A DNA stretch of 64,000 nt from assembly GCF_009834535.1 (NCBI RefSeq), contig NC_045696.1, positions 6,636,001 through 6,700,000 of the forward strand, in the 5' to 3' direction. This DNA is from Camelus ferus. Its lineage: Eukaryota. A program made the translations under genes and the position numbers. The notes under the pieces were generated by a model that made no database searches, was not told the DNA's origin, and saw nothing but the letters and a program-made list of their open reading frames with translations. This document shows, piece after piece, positions 37,252 to 49,564 of this stretch (positions within the stretch are counted from its first letter, which is position 1; each line of letters begins with the position of its first letter).

Positions 37252-37753
37252 TGCTGGGGTTCAGGACATACTACCCCCAAATACGGCACATTGGAATATT
37301 AAATATTTTAAGTTCTAGGAATTGGATAAAATGGCCAAGCAAGGTCACTCTGACTTCCTCCTCTCCTCACTCTTCTTTCCTGAAACACTGTTGGGGGAAG
37401 AATCATAAAATCTTCCTGTGAGAGGTGCCCCCCATCCTCCTGGAAGATGCTCAGAAGAAAGAGGAATCTTTATCTCCAAAAACAAAGGGGCACCAAGAAG
37501 AACCCTAACACGCAGGCCTTGCTTAGTCTCCCCGGGTTACTGCACTTTCTTCATCCTGCTTAAGCTACCGTGTTCCTCCACCACCAGCCACTCTTTATCA
37601 CGCCCGGACGCCCTACATAAAAATACACAGCTCTAGCGGTTTCTTCGGGTCTTCATTTTGAAAAAAGGCTCCCTGGTCTGTCTCTGTCAGATTGAGTTTC
37701 AAACCCATCCAGGGGCCCTAAGAGGGTCAAGGAACACTTGCCCCCACCCCACA
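37252..37753 (+). mobile_element. MER34-like ERV1 solo LTR
   Basis: tgctggggttcaggacatactacccccaaatacggcac...ttcttcgggtcttcattt...ccccaca. Confidence 0.8.
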
Positions 37754-39050
37754 GAGGCTACATCCCCACTGTAGTCTTACTTATCTCTTCCGTTCCAGCC
37801 TGGCCCCTCTCTCTGCTCAGCCTGGAATCTTTTGGTGTGGACTGTGCTCCCCCATCACACTTACAGTCTATATCATTCTTTGTCTCCTAATTTTACTGCC
37901 ATGAGGGTTATCACAATAAAAGGGACTTGTTTTTTTGTGATTCTCGTTGGTCTGCATGCTTTTTGAAGGACATGTGGAGAGATTCAGCTTTAGGAGCAGG
38001 GGATGCTGCCTCTGCTTTTAATTTGGAAGAGCGTACCCTAAATGTTTGCTTTTGTTTACGATGGGGGCAAAATTATAGTCACTGTATATAATATATGTAT
38101 AGTATACTTACATAAATATAGTAACTGCTGTATCAACACTGGGCAAAGAGAGACCAATAAACCTCAAAGTTTTGCTCAGCCACTAGGTTAGAAAGTAAAG
38201 ATTAATCTGCAATCTCTCATTACTATTTTTTTTTTCAAGTAAGTTTTCACTACAGACTCAGCCCCATAAGAAACAAGAGTGGTTTCTGCCCTCTGTGTAC
38301 CTCTCCCAAGAAACTTCTAAACTAATAGATATTAATCTCTGAATTACTATTGAAGATTGACTAAGAGAATGAGTATGTAACCTATTTGAGACTCAATGTA
38401 TTTGCGCCTTAAATAACTCACTTGGACAACTGTGATTGTAGTTAGTGTGTTATATTAAGTGATCATCAGGCAACTCTAGTTATAATGTTCACAAAGAAAC
38501 CAATAGCTGTGTGTGTCTGTGATGAGATAAAATATGCATAGAACCCTTTTCCTTACATATTTGAAATCAAGAAGTTTTTCTTCAAAGTGAAGCACCAAGA
38601 ACTTTCCTTTTTGTCAGCCTTTGAAGAAGGTAAATTGGTTTTGAACATTCTAAGATAAGAAAATCTCATTTTAAAAACAGCTCAACCTCAATTCAGTTAG
38701 ATTTTGTTGTAGTGTTGCTTCCGATATTTCTAGAAATCCAATGAGTCAATAAAGAATGACTAATGTTGCTTTGTTTAATCAAAAGTGAGCGTAAGGAAAT
38801 GAAATAGGCTTATGTCAAATAAATTTCTATGAAGAGAGAAGATTTTACAAGTGATGGATCATTTTTTTCTCAGAAAGTAATTACTATCTTTAGTCACCTA
38901 ATCATTGTTTTCTTCAAACATGATGTCTCTAGACATTCTCTATGACAGACAAGTTTGAATTTGAATCATCACAAAGACATTATTATTCCTACCACGTTTA
39001 ATATTTTAAACAAAGTGACTCACATTTTAGTTTTAAAAATCAATAAACTT

Positions 39051-39187
39051 GGGGGTGAGGGTATAGCTCAGGGGTAGAGTGCGTGTCTAGCATGCACGAG
39101 GTCCTGGGTTCAATCCCCAGTGCCTTCATTAAAATAATTACCTCCCCCACCGAAAAGAATAAAAAAATAAACTAAAATTTAGGGAAA
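39051..39187 (+). mobile_element. Full-length camelid tRNA-derived SINE (vic-1-like)
   Basis: A box tagctcaggggtagag, B box gggttcaatcccc, A-rich tail; perfect 16-bp TSD aaaaatcaataaactt at 39035-39050 and 39188-39203. Confidence 0.92.
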
Positions 39188-41419
39188 AAAAATCAATAAA
39201 CTTAATCTCTCAGAGTAAGTTCTTCCCACCAGTCCTGAATTTCTTGACTGAGTGAGGTATGTCGTAAATTGGCGTTTTTCTCTTTCCCTTGGGTGTGGGT
39301 GCCTCATCTCTCAGTACTCAGTTGGTGTGTTTTGTGTGTACGCAGGGCTCAGGTACCAAGGTCTGAATGCATGAAATCAAGCTTCTAGATTACAGACCCT
39401 TTCCGCAGCTCTCCCCACTGACGCCCCGAGCTGGAGCTCACTTCTTGTCATGGCCGCTGTCCCTGTTCACGGCTGTTCCCAACAGAAGGAGATTAAGAAG
39501 CTCTGCTTTGCTTCCAGGACCATTTTCTCTTGGATCCAAGTTTCCCAAGCTTTTTCCTCTCTCCACGTCCTTCCTTCCCCTCTCAGCGTGCTGCTTCCCA
39601 CTAGGGTCAGGCTTGGCCAAGTTTCGAACAAACAGCCTGCCTGAAATCCACGTTTGGTACAAGAATGTCGCCACGCCTGTCATTTGCCCCTGGTTTTTCT
39701 AATTCAAGGTCCGTGTCACTCTGAAAAGGAGGACATTTAGAGAACTCATGTCTGTCCCATCTATCACAATTCAATCTGACACTCCTCCTCTAATATTAAA
39801 TGTAACATGCTCTCTTAAAACATACACACAGCTGCCAATTTTCATGTGTATCTTAAGAGTTGGAATTGGAAATGCTTCCTGTAATGTAATTCATCTCTTT
39901 CATGCAATTAATATTCACTTACCACTCTAGACTGAGAAAACGGGCTCTAATCCCCACAGACTGAGGGCAGACTCCTGCCCTGAGGGCCCCACAGGGACAC
40001 TGTGTTCATCCACTCCCTGGGGAGAAATACAGACATTTCTGTGTGCTAAGTTCCCAGCCTCTTTGATTGGGCTTTATTTATAGGTCAGTTTACTGAACTC
40101 CTTAAATGAGTGAGGCTAGGCGTTTTGATTCATCTATTTTGAGATTCAAGAAAGTGAAAAAAAAGGATTGTCAAATTTCATCCAAAGTTTTTCTCAAAAA
40201 AAAAAAAAAAAAGACGTCCAATGTGTTCAAAGTTTATATGCCACCTCAAATGTCAAGTATATTTATTTTGTGCAATAAATTAAGAAAAATTCATGGATTT
40301 ATACAGGAATAGTATTGTGTTCAGTGAAAGAAAGAACTTTCTAACAACTGAAGCTGTGAAACATGAAGTAAATTGGTTGGAGATTAACGAGCCCCCTGGC
40401 ACTGGGGGTCTCAGCAGGGGTCGGCTGGTCCCTGGTGATCAGAGGAGTCCAGCACAGTGGAGGGGCCCTAAATTAGGTTGGCTTTTGGGTCCCTTCTACT
40501 CTGACAGCTAGGACTTCAGGGTAACCAAGCAGAAGACAGAAGTTATATAACGTTCCAGACAAACAAAACAAAAATGCCATTTTCAAAAGTATCCTCAGAT
40601 GACTCATGGTGAGGAATCCAAAGTCTTGCATAAATACTCTCTTTTACCCGTGGGCTTATTCTTCTTGCCCTGCCTTACCCCTCTTCTGTCTCGTTACAGC
40701 CTTCCTATCGTCTGAACCAATGAACAAGAGGTGCATCACCGTCTTCCTTGCTTCTTGCCCTAGTGCTGTCTCGGGTGGAACGGAGGGGTGACGGAGGTGA
40801 TCGCAGATGTGTGGGCTGCATACTTTTATGATATGTTCACAAACGCCTCAAAGGCAAGACAGAAAGGGAATAAATGGATGTTGCCTGCCTTCATTTTCCC
40901 ACTCTCACTACTGCTTTATCTTTCTTTTTTTGGACATTTGCACCTTTATAAAAGTCAACAGGATTTAAATATCGACATAAAGGACCAGTCTCTATCCTCT
41001 TTCACGTTCCAACATGCTGTGATTTTATGATTGTACAGGTTCCTGTGTTTGTGCAGACAATAGATTCATGACTGGCCAGGAGGAAGGAAGTGTCTGGGGG
41101 CTGCCCATCTCTGAGGGTCCCGGTCCCTCACAGAGCGCCCCTAATAGCCACAGTCAGACAGGACCCTGGGCTGCATGGACTGTTGTCCCCTTCCAGGATG
41201 GTGAGCCCAAGAGTTTATGCCCCAAAGCTAGTCCTGTGCAAGCCCCCTTCCTCCAAACAGGACGGGCAGATAGAGAAGTTGCTGCACCGGCATTTCTCTC
41301 CTCTTTACTGAGACAGAAATGGCTTCACTACCTAGCAAGAAGTACAGGCTGATTTATTTATAGACTTTGCTGCTTCTTTCTTAGAACCTGGTGAAGGCTC
41401 TCAATTCAAAGAAAAGACT

Positions 41420-42280
41420 TGGGACTCCTGGTTTACCTCTGAAAAGGAAAGGACTTGGAAAGCATTGTATCCTTACAACACAAAAAGGCTGAACTCCTTT
41501 CTTGGAAAATCAATGACCTTTCTTGGAGCCGTGAAAGAATTGAGGTTGCAGGGAAAACTGCCCTCCTCAGATGTGAAGATTGACAAAACCTAGATCTGCT
41601 TACCTGAAAACAGAAGCCAGTAGAATTATAAACTGGTAGGAACACACAAATGATAATTTTGTTGAATTCCTGGGGGCTGACTGTGGTCTAACATGAGAGT
41701 GAGAAACCCCTTAGGGCCACAGTCTGGGAGGGGCCCACACTTTCATGGGCTTTCTCTCTAGGAAACTCATGGTTCTCAAGATGAAAACACAAGAGATCTC
41801 CTTACAGCTCTGGCAAAGGGAGAGGAAGAGCAATCTTTGTGAAATGAGTCCACAGCAAAATCCTGTGTTCCCTGGAAAAAGGCTTTGCTAGAGACATATC
41901 TCAACGAGGGGAAGGGCTTTCCTCCCATTGCAGCAGCCTCTAAACTTCCTGTCTTCATGGACAGAGGATAAAGAAATCATGGTAAACAAGGATCGTGGCT
42001 TCAAGGGAAAAGATTGGGAATGCTGCAGCCAGGAAAGAGGGTAGAGGCAGGGGGGATATGCCAGTGGAGGTAACAATGCAAGAACACTTGTGAAGGTCAC
42101 AGCTCCCAGACCCAGAACCGTTAAAAGACTGAAGTTTATTCATGAGACTTTAGGAGGCTTCTCCTCCCTTACACCTTACCACCATGTCAACAGCCTCCAG
42201 CATAACAACAGCAAAGCAGCACGGAAGAAATTGACACAGAAAGTGCAAAGTCAAGAGGGGAAACAACAACAAGAACTAGA
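41420..42280 (+). mobile_element. Old L1M 5' UTR region (L1MD/L1M4-type)
   Basis: gaattgaggttgcagggaaaactgcc, aaactggtaggaacac and gcccacactttcatgggcttt resemble L1M 5' ends; a short ORF1-like piece follows at about 42565-42625. Confidence 0.55.
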
Positions 42281-42319
42281 GATATTTGAGACCTCGGGCA
42301 CCTACACCTATTTTTTGCA

Positions 42320-42555
42320 ACTATAGTTAATACTGTATTGCATATTGGAAAGTTGCCAAGAGAGCAAATTTTAAAAGTTTGCATCAGAAGAAAAGAATAG
42401 TTCTGTAACTATGTATGGTGGCAGATGTTAACTAGACGTACTGTGATGATCATTTTGCAATATGTACAAATATTGAACCATTATGCTGTACACCTGAAAC
42501 TAATAGGATGTTGTTTATCAATCACATCTCAATAAAAAATAAAAAAACCAAACAA
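42320..42555 (+). mobile_element. L1MA-like 3' end
   Basis: actatagttaatactgtattg...gatcattttgcaatat...tgctgtacacctgaaactaata...tctcaataaaaaa. Confidence 0.85.
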
Positions 42556-43814
42556 ACGAATGTATCTAGGCATATCTTATTTAAACTACAGGAAGACAAA
42601 GACAGAGAAAATCTTGAAAGCAAGAGATTTAGGTTTTGACACAGACGGGTTCAGTTCTGGCTGTCTTGTTTACTAGGCAATCAGTACTGGACTTGACCTC
42701 TTTCAAATATTGGCGGTTTTCTCCCTTATAGAAGGGATGAAAAGATACGTGTAAAAGTACCTCATTGTAGGTATTGTTTCTTGTATGTATAAATGAAGCT
42801 CCAGTGAGGTCAAGTATGTGTGCAGAAGCAATTTTTAACAACAGCAATCTCTAAATATGAAGAGTTAAACACTTTCCAGGGACCTTGAGATAAGCTCACT
42901 CAGCAAGGAAAATCTTGAAGTTTGTTGTGAATCACAAGGCATTACTTTACTAGATGTAAAATTGGATATCATTTTTGTCTTAAATAGGAGTGGAACTGAT
43001 GTCTCCAAGGCAAAGTTAATGCAAAAGGTGAGGAGATGGTTAATGCAAAAGAAAACTCATAAGATAAATGGACAGGGTAGGCATAAACTAATTGAGATCC
43101 TTTGGAACCAGGCAGGAAATACATACATATTTTCTCTACATCTATAGTTACAGATATATCAGAATCCCCGCAGAGGTATCTGAATCCAGGAATAATGAAT
43201 GGACTTTGTTAACTCACTAGAGAAAAGTATAACAGCAGCAAAAAGATTAGAAAAATGAGCTCTAATAAGTAAGAGAGAAATTAATATATACATGTATATA
43301 GTACATATGTGTGTATATATATATTTATGCGTTGAGCATTAGAATTTACAAAACACAATCACAAGCATTTGGCTTTCATAACTAAGGGGATTTGGACTCC
43401 AATAAATCAAGAGAGTTTCTGACTTTGCTTGACATCAATTATGGTTGAAGAATTACTCTCTCTACATCTATCTTTCAAACTGAACCAAACAGCTCGTGAA
43501 AATATTTTTCCATAAGGGGGAAAGGTAGCAGTGAGAAGCAGAAGAAATTTCCATGCAGGCATTTTTTTTTTTTTTTTAATTTCAAGGTCATACCCAAATG
43601 AATTATTTCTATAACATTTAGTTTACAAAATGTTTTTGTGCAGCGATCTCATTTTGTCTCTGTTGCCCAACCTTTTAAAGTTGGCAGGGGCCACGGTTCT
43701 GATTCTGATTTAGATTAGGAGTCTACGGGCAGTCCTGTGAAGCATGCCTGCTGTTCCACAGCTGTTGAATCCCAGGGCTGGGAGCAGAGAATCAGAGACT
43801 TCTGACCCACCACC

Positions 43815-44313
43815 TGTCTCACTCAGTGCAGGCTGACCACACACTGATGGCTTATCGACAGCAGACATATTTCTCACAGTTCTGGAGGCTGGATGTTCGA
43901 GACCAGGGTGCAAGCATTGTTAGTGTCTGGTTACAAACTGCCAGCTTCTCACTGTGTCTTCACATTGTGGAAGGAGAGAAAGAGGGAGCTCTCTGGGGTC
44001 CCTTTACAAGGGCACTATCCCATTCATGAGGGCTCCACCCTCATGACCTAATCACCTCCCAAGGACTTCACCTCCTAATACCATCACACTGGGGTTCAAA
44101 TGTCAACATATGACTTATTTCATGTTTACCTGAATCGTCAATTTTTTTAAATTTTTATTAAAGTGCAGTTGATACACAATGTTAGTTTCAGGTGTACAGC
44201 AAAGTGATTCAGTTATCCATATACATACATATATGTGTTTTCTTTTCAGATTCTTTTCCATTATATTCAACATACGACTTTTGTAGGGACACAGATATCC
44301 AGTCCTTTGCACA
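43815..44313 (-). mobile_element. MLT1A-like MaLR LTR split by an L1 tail
   Basis: tatttctcacagttctggaggctgg...cccattcatgagggctccaccctcatgacctaatcacctccc...gggacacagatatccagtcc. Confidence 0.88.
44117..44266 (-). mobile_element. Very short L1 3' end insertion with a 14-bp TSD
   Basis: gtgcagttgatacacaatgttagtttcaggtgtacagcaaagtgattcagttat; TSD tcaacata(t/c)gactt at 44103-44116 and 44267-44280. Confidence 0.85.
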
Positions 44314-46909
44314 ACCCCATGTTGGTTTTTTATTTTGCTTTACTTCTTGTTTGTTTCCTTTGTCATTAGAACACTCCTCATTTAATCTTCACAACACGAA
44401 AGTGGTAGTTTTAGCTTCAATCATTCTTACACTTCAGTTTCATCTGCTTATTTGACATCACTAACCAAATCTATTTCTTCAATGACTTATTTAAGAAAGA
44501 AATCCTTTTATGTTCCTTTCCAGGATGCTTTTAAAAGCTGCCCTTAAAAATGTGTTTAGTAATCTTTGATGGATAATTTGCTTAAAGTTAAATCATCCCT
44601 GGCTATTTTCCACACTTTTAGCAGAGGGTTTTTTCTTATTCCTCATCTCAGAAATCTAAATGGAATCCACTTCCATCAACATCTCTTCAAATGTGATCCA
44701 TCAATTCTGTTAGTTCTATGGCTCAAAACCCAATTCTTGGAATCTGACTGCATTTTACCTCAAATAGGAATCCAAGCTACATATTATGTGCTCAGATTTC
44801 CCAAATCAGCTACAAAGGTGACAGAAAATTTCTTTGAATTTATAGAATATTTTGACTTTTTCCAAAACAAATCTGATATATCCTATTATTTTTACTTTAC
44901 TATGTGCTCTCTGCACAGAGGACTTCTTTCCTGGTTAGTCCGATCACAGCCATGTAGAGACATTAGCATGCCACCACACTGCAGCTAAGTCGACATCATT
45001 TAAGCTGCATGGAAATTGAATGTTATTTCTAACTGACTGCATCACTTTAACAGCACTGCCGGATTAGGTTCTTATGCTGCTTCTGAGTCACTCAACCATC
45101 CATCAGTGGCGTCTCGGAGGGCATCCTATCCAGCCCTGAATTAGGAGGAGAATGTCAGTGTGTACTGACAGCAGATCACAGTGTCTGAGATGTGTTAGCC
45201 TTCCTTGCTAACTTATTAGCAAAAGGATTAGTGAACTGTAGCATCAATGGGCATTTTGAATGTCACAGATATTTCCAGTGGTGATGGGTAAGAACAGATA
45301 AACGTTTAAGTGGCATTAAACTGTGTTGCCAAATCTCATTTTCTAAATGGTAACTAAGCGTTTGCAGAGCATTTTTTAGAGTTTACAATCTCTCTATTCA
45401 TGTTATTTGATTCTCACAATAATATGTGAAAGTAGACATTGGGGAAAGGGTGAGGGACAGCTCTACTGGACACTCAGCCTCGAGGATGGGGGGCTTCAGG
45501 TCTGCCTGGACCTTCTTTCCTCCTCTTTTACTCCCTGCATTAGACCTGTTTGACACCCTGCAGACAGACCCACCTTTAAAATGTGCGTTTTGGTGGTGTT
45601 CTATATTCCATTTGTGTATTTTACAAACTCTTGGGTTGCGTTCATCATTAATCTTTTGGGGACCCATTTAAGAAACTGATGAACGCTGTCAATCTATTCC
45701 TCCATTTTACACAGTTTCAGAAAGCTGGTTACTTGGAAGCAGTTTTCAGCCATTTCACTTCAGTGCGGTTTCTTATTTGGGGCTCTTCTTCCCTTTGACA
45801 GTTTCCCACCACCTCCACTCCGGCGGTAGAGATGAAATAGCAAAGGAACTGAAGTTAAGAGTTCATTATACTCAGTCCATCAAGATGCTCTAGTTTTAAT
45901 ATCCTGAACACCCCCCATTTAGGAACATTTTAAACACATGTGGAAATGCTATAAAGAAAAATAATAAGATCCCCAAAGGCTATGGAGGAAACAAGAAGCT
46001 GACTTGTTGTTGTAAGTTTTCCAAACAAGCCTGGTTGACATGCCTGTTTACCAGGTAATTACTTCTCCCCGTCCCCTTGACTGGAGAGATGCACCCAGTG
46101 TTACAATGCAATCCCAGAGGTCTTCGGGCTAAAGGGGGACACACTGCTTTCACAGGTATAAGTGAATACGATGTACGTTAAAGGCTGAAGCATAACTCGC
46201 TTCCATGACATTTTCATCTTCTAGGAGATCAGCCTCAATAGCCTTCTGTATCTGAGCGAGGACTGCGAAGACTATTCAATTTCACGGTCAGTCAGTTGAG
46301 TCTCCAGGAGTGGAGGATCTGACCTCTCCCTCAGGCAAATCTAATTTCTTCTTCTAATGGCTAGAAGTTCAATTCTCCTTTCCCCAGGGTGAAAGCTCAG
46401 GGAAAAATACTGAACCAAGTTCCCCCTACATGCAAGTTTACCTCGTTTACAAAGATTGGGGGCTCACCCAAGAAAGAAAAATGAACACTTCTATCAGATT
46501 ATTCCACAGCTATACTCGTTGAACTCCCACTGATTCTCAGACTGGCCACCAGGCTTTGGATCAGCTGTTCATATAATATCAGAGTTAAACATTCTGTTTT
46601 CAAAAGAACACGTTTCTTAAAATGGTGGATTATAAGATCAGTGGTTTTACCCTGACATCTTCAGTCCTGATCACTGCATCTTTTATCAAATTAACGTGCT
46701 GGCATTTATTTGGAGTTTGTTGGCAAACAAGTATGTGGGAAGAGAATATTGGCAGGCAAAAAAAAAAAAAAAAAATCAAGTGGGGACATATTATCAGTTA
46801 ACCGTCTAAAATTAGCATGTGCAATCTGATTCTATAATCTCACCTGCTGGGAGTAATTTAATTTAAAACAATGCTAATCAACAGGGATTTAATCTGAAGT
46901 CTCCCTCCT

Positions 46910-47308
46910 CACCTAGAGATGATCATACTAAGTGAAACAAGTCAGACAAAGACAAATATCATAGGATATCACTTATAGGTGGAATCTAAAACAATGACAC
47001 AAATGAACTTATTTACAAAACAGAAACAGGCTCAGAGACATAGAAAACAAACTTACGTTTACCAAAGGCAGAAGGGAAGAGAGGCACAAATTAGGAGTTT
47101 GGAATTAGCAGATGCAAACTACTATGTACAAAACAGATAAACAAGGTCCTACTGCATAGCACAGGGAACTGTATTCAATGGCCTGTAATAACTTATAATG
47201 AAAAAGAATATATATGTATGTATATATGTATAACTGAATCACTCTACTGTATACCAGAAACTAACACAACATTGGAAATCAACTATATTTAAAGTAAAAA
47301 ATAAAAAA
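46910..47308 (+). mobile_element. 5'-truncated L1 3' end (cetartiodactyl type)
   Basis: cctagagatgatcatactaagtgaa...gacacaaatgaacttatttacaaaacagaaaca...aaatcaactata; flanking gtctccct at 46899-46906 and 47313-47320. Confidence 0.9.
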
Positions 47309-48469
47309 CTAGGTCTCCCTAAGTATCAAAATATGAGTGGGGTACCTCCTGCCTTCTTTTGAATACATTTGGAACAAAAAGTATGATGTGATTCAAATAA
47401 CTATGAATTTGGTAGCTCCTACACACACACACAAAGCTGTTCTGCTCGGGCTATGCAGGATGACAAAAATAAGCAATTGATCCTTGAGGCACATTTAATT
47501 TAGGTTCCTCCACTTTGAAAACTGCCTTAATTTTTCATGTCACATTTAGCAGGCAATCATCTATCACCCAGTCTAATAATGTTGGGTACATTTTATAATT
47601 AGCCATAAAAGAGATCTTTTCGCCAAGCCCCCAAATTAAGTTTGTGCTTCAACATTATACAGACGGCCCTTTCTTGGTAGTTCACAGTGTGCATTTTCTG
47701 TTGCCTTGACAACTGTCTGGTGGGGGCTTCCTTGCTTGGAGAACGAGGACGCCTTTGCCTGATGCAACCCCTCAGAAATGATAATGAGCACTGAGCAGAA
47801 TGATCCGACAAAGCAAGCTTGGATACATAAATAGAAAGATTCTGCTTAAATGACGTGTGCAGGGAGGTTGGAAGGGAGGGAGGAGGGAAGACAGAGGGGT
47901 GGGGAAGGGGCTGTGACCGTTATCAATCCTAATTTTCAAAAAATCCAGGGCCCGGTGAGCACTCAGCAGTGCTATGAAGCAAGGGCAGACGGGGAGAGGC
48001 ACAGGAGGGCACCAAGATTGTAAGACTCGTTCAGGCCTCCAAAAGCTTTGTCAAAATATAATCAGTACACACAACCCTGCCATTTCACGATGTCCAGACT
48101 TTTAAGGCATAAGAGAAAATGAAAACCTCTTTTTCTGTTTGGTCTCAAATATCCTTGGCTCCACCTGTAGTTTGTGTTTAGTTTTGTTCCCACTTTCGAC
48201 TTTCAGGGCGGTGAGTCTGTGACATTTGGGGCTGGGACACTGGCCGTATAAGCAGAGCAGCACGCTTTTTCTCCCTTATAATTTGAAAGAGAGATTCAGA
48301 GTCACAGTGACAGCAAAAATTCTACAAACTTCTAGTACTGAAGGTCCTAGGACTGCGCTGGTCCTTCTGTCCCCAAATCTGATACCTTCAAAATTTCCTT
48401 AATTTTCTAGAATCCGCCAGTATCTTCCTTCCCAAATTGAAAGCATATGTTCTTTCTCCTTCTTTCTGT

Positions 48470-48530
48470 CCTCTCTCTCTGCCTCTGTCTCTCTCTGCCT
48501 CTCTCTTTCTCTCTCTCTCTCTCTCTCTTT
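48470..48530. repeat. (CT)n-rich microsatellite
   Basis: Read directly; accounts for the ERERER ORFs at 48388-48788. Confidence 0.9.
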
Positions 48531-48740
48531 TTTTTGCTTCAAGTTGGCCAGAATTGCTTTCTGTTCTTTGCAACCAGGAGAATTTTCCCCTATAGTATAT
48601 ATGAAAAATACTTTTTGTTTGGAGCTAGAATTACTCTCTAGTTTGTGAGCTTCTTGGAGAAAGAGCTTGTCTTTCTCATCCGCGTCTTCAGCACCTTGCA
48701 GTCCCTGACACAGGTCTTCAGTATCTGTGTGGTGAGTGAA

Positions 48741-49308
48741 AGCATTCCTTTCCTTCGCTTCTGTAACAAAGTGCCACAAAGCTAGCACCTTAAAATAAAA
48801 CCCTTTATTACGCTGCAGCTCTGTAAGTCACACGTCCAGGCGCTGCTTGGCTTAGCTAGTTTTCTGCTCCAGGTCTCGTAGGTTGAACCAAGGTTTCAGC
48901 AGGACTGTGTTCCTTTCTGGAGGGTAAGTTCCATGGGTTGTAGGACTGAGGCTGCCGTTTCCTTGCGGGCTCCACTCCCAGCTCCTAGAGGCCACTGTGC
49001 TCCCTGCTGTGTGGCTCTCTTCCTCCGCTTTCAAAATGAGCAGTGATGGAACAAGCCTTCTCATGCTTCGAATTGCCCCAGCTTCCCCTTCTGCCGCCTC
49101 TCTCTGCCTTCCTTTTTGCATTTAAGGGCTCACATGATTACATTGGGCCCACTTGGATAATTCATAAATAACCATTATATTTTAAGGTTAGCAGATTAGC
49201 TTCCTTCATTCCATATGCAATAACCCTTCACGGCACAGGTTAGTATTTGATTAGCTAAGCAGTGGATGGCATCGTGGGGAGACAGCTTGAGAATTCTGCC
49301 TCCCACAG
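48741..49308 (-). mobile_element. MLT1E-like MaLR LTR inserted in an L2 3' tail
   Basis: tctgtaacaaagtgccacaaa...gtaggactgaggctgccgtttccttgc...tttaagggctcacatgattacattgggccc...agaattctgcctcccaca; L2 tail at about 48630-48740. Confidence 0.8.
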
Positions 49309-49564
49309 TAGGTGAATGAGGTCAGGTGAGAGGGGCAGAGTTTCAGATACGTCCTGCCAGGCAGGAAGGGGTGCAGTGCAGCACCTTGCCTTTCTCGGTT
49401 CTAGAAACCCCTGCTTCCAGCCACCCTGCTCTGTGTGGCTCCCAGGGCAGAAAAGTCTGACTCCCAGCAGTACTGTGGCCCTGTCTTCAGTTTCTACCAG
49501 GACATAGAGATTTTACTACCAACACTGAATCTATTTCACCATTTTTTTTTCCCACTAAATAATA

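Noticed and set aside
39051..39125. tRNA-like sequence with A and B boxes
   Set aside because: Followed by an A-rich tail, flanked by a 16-bp TSD and present in several copies, so it is a SINE head and not a tRNA gene
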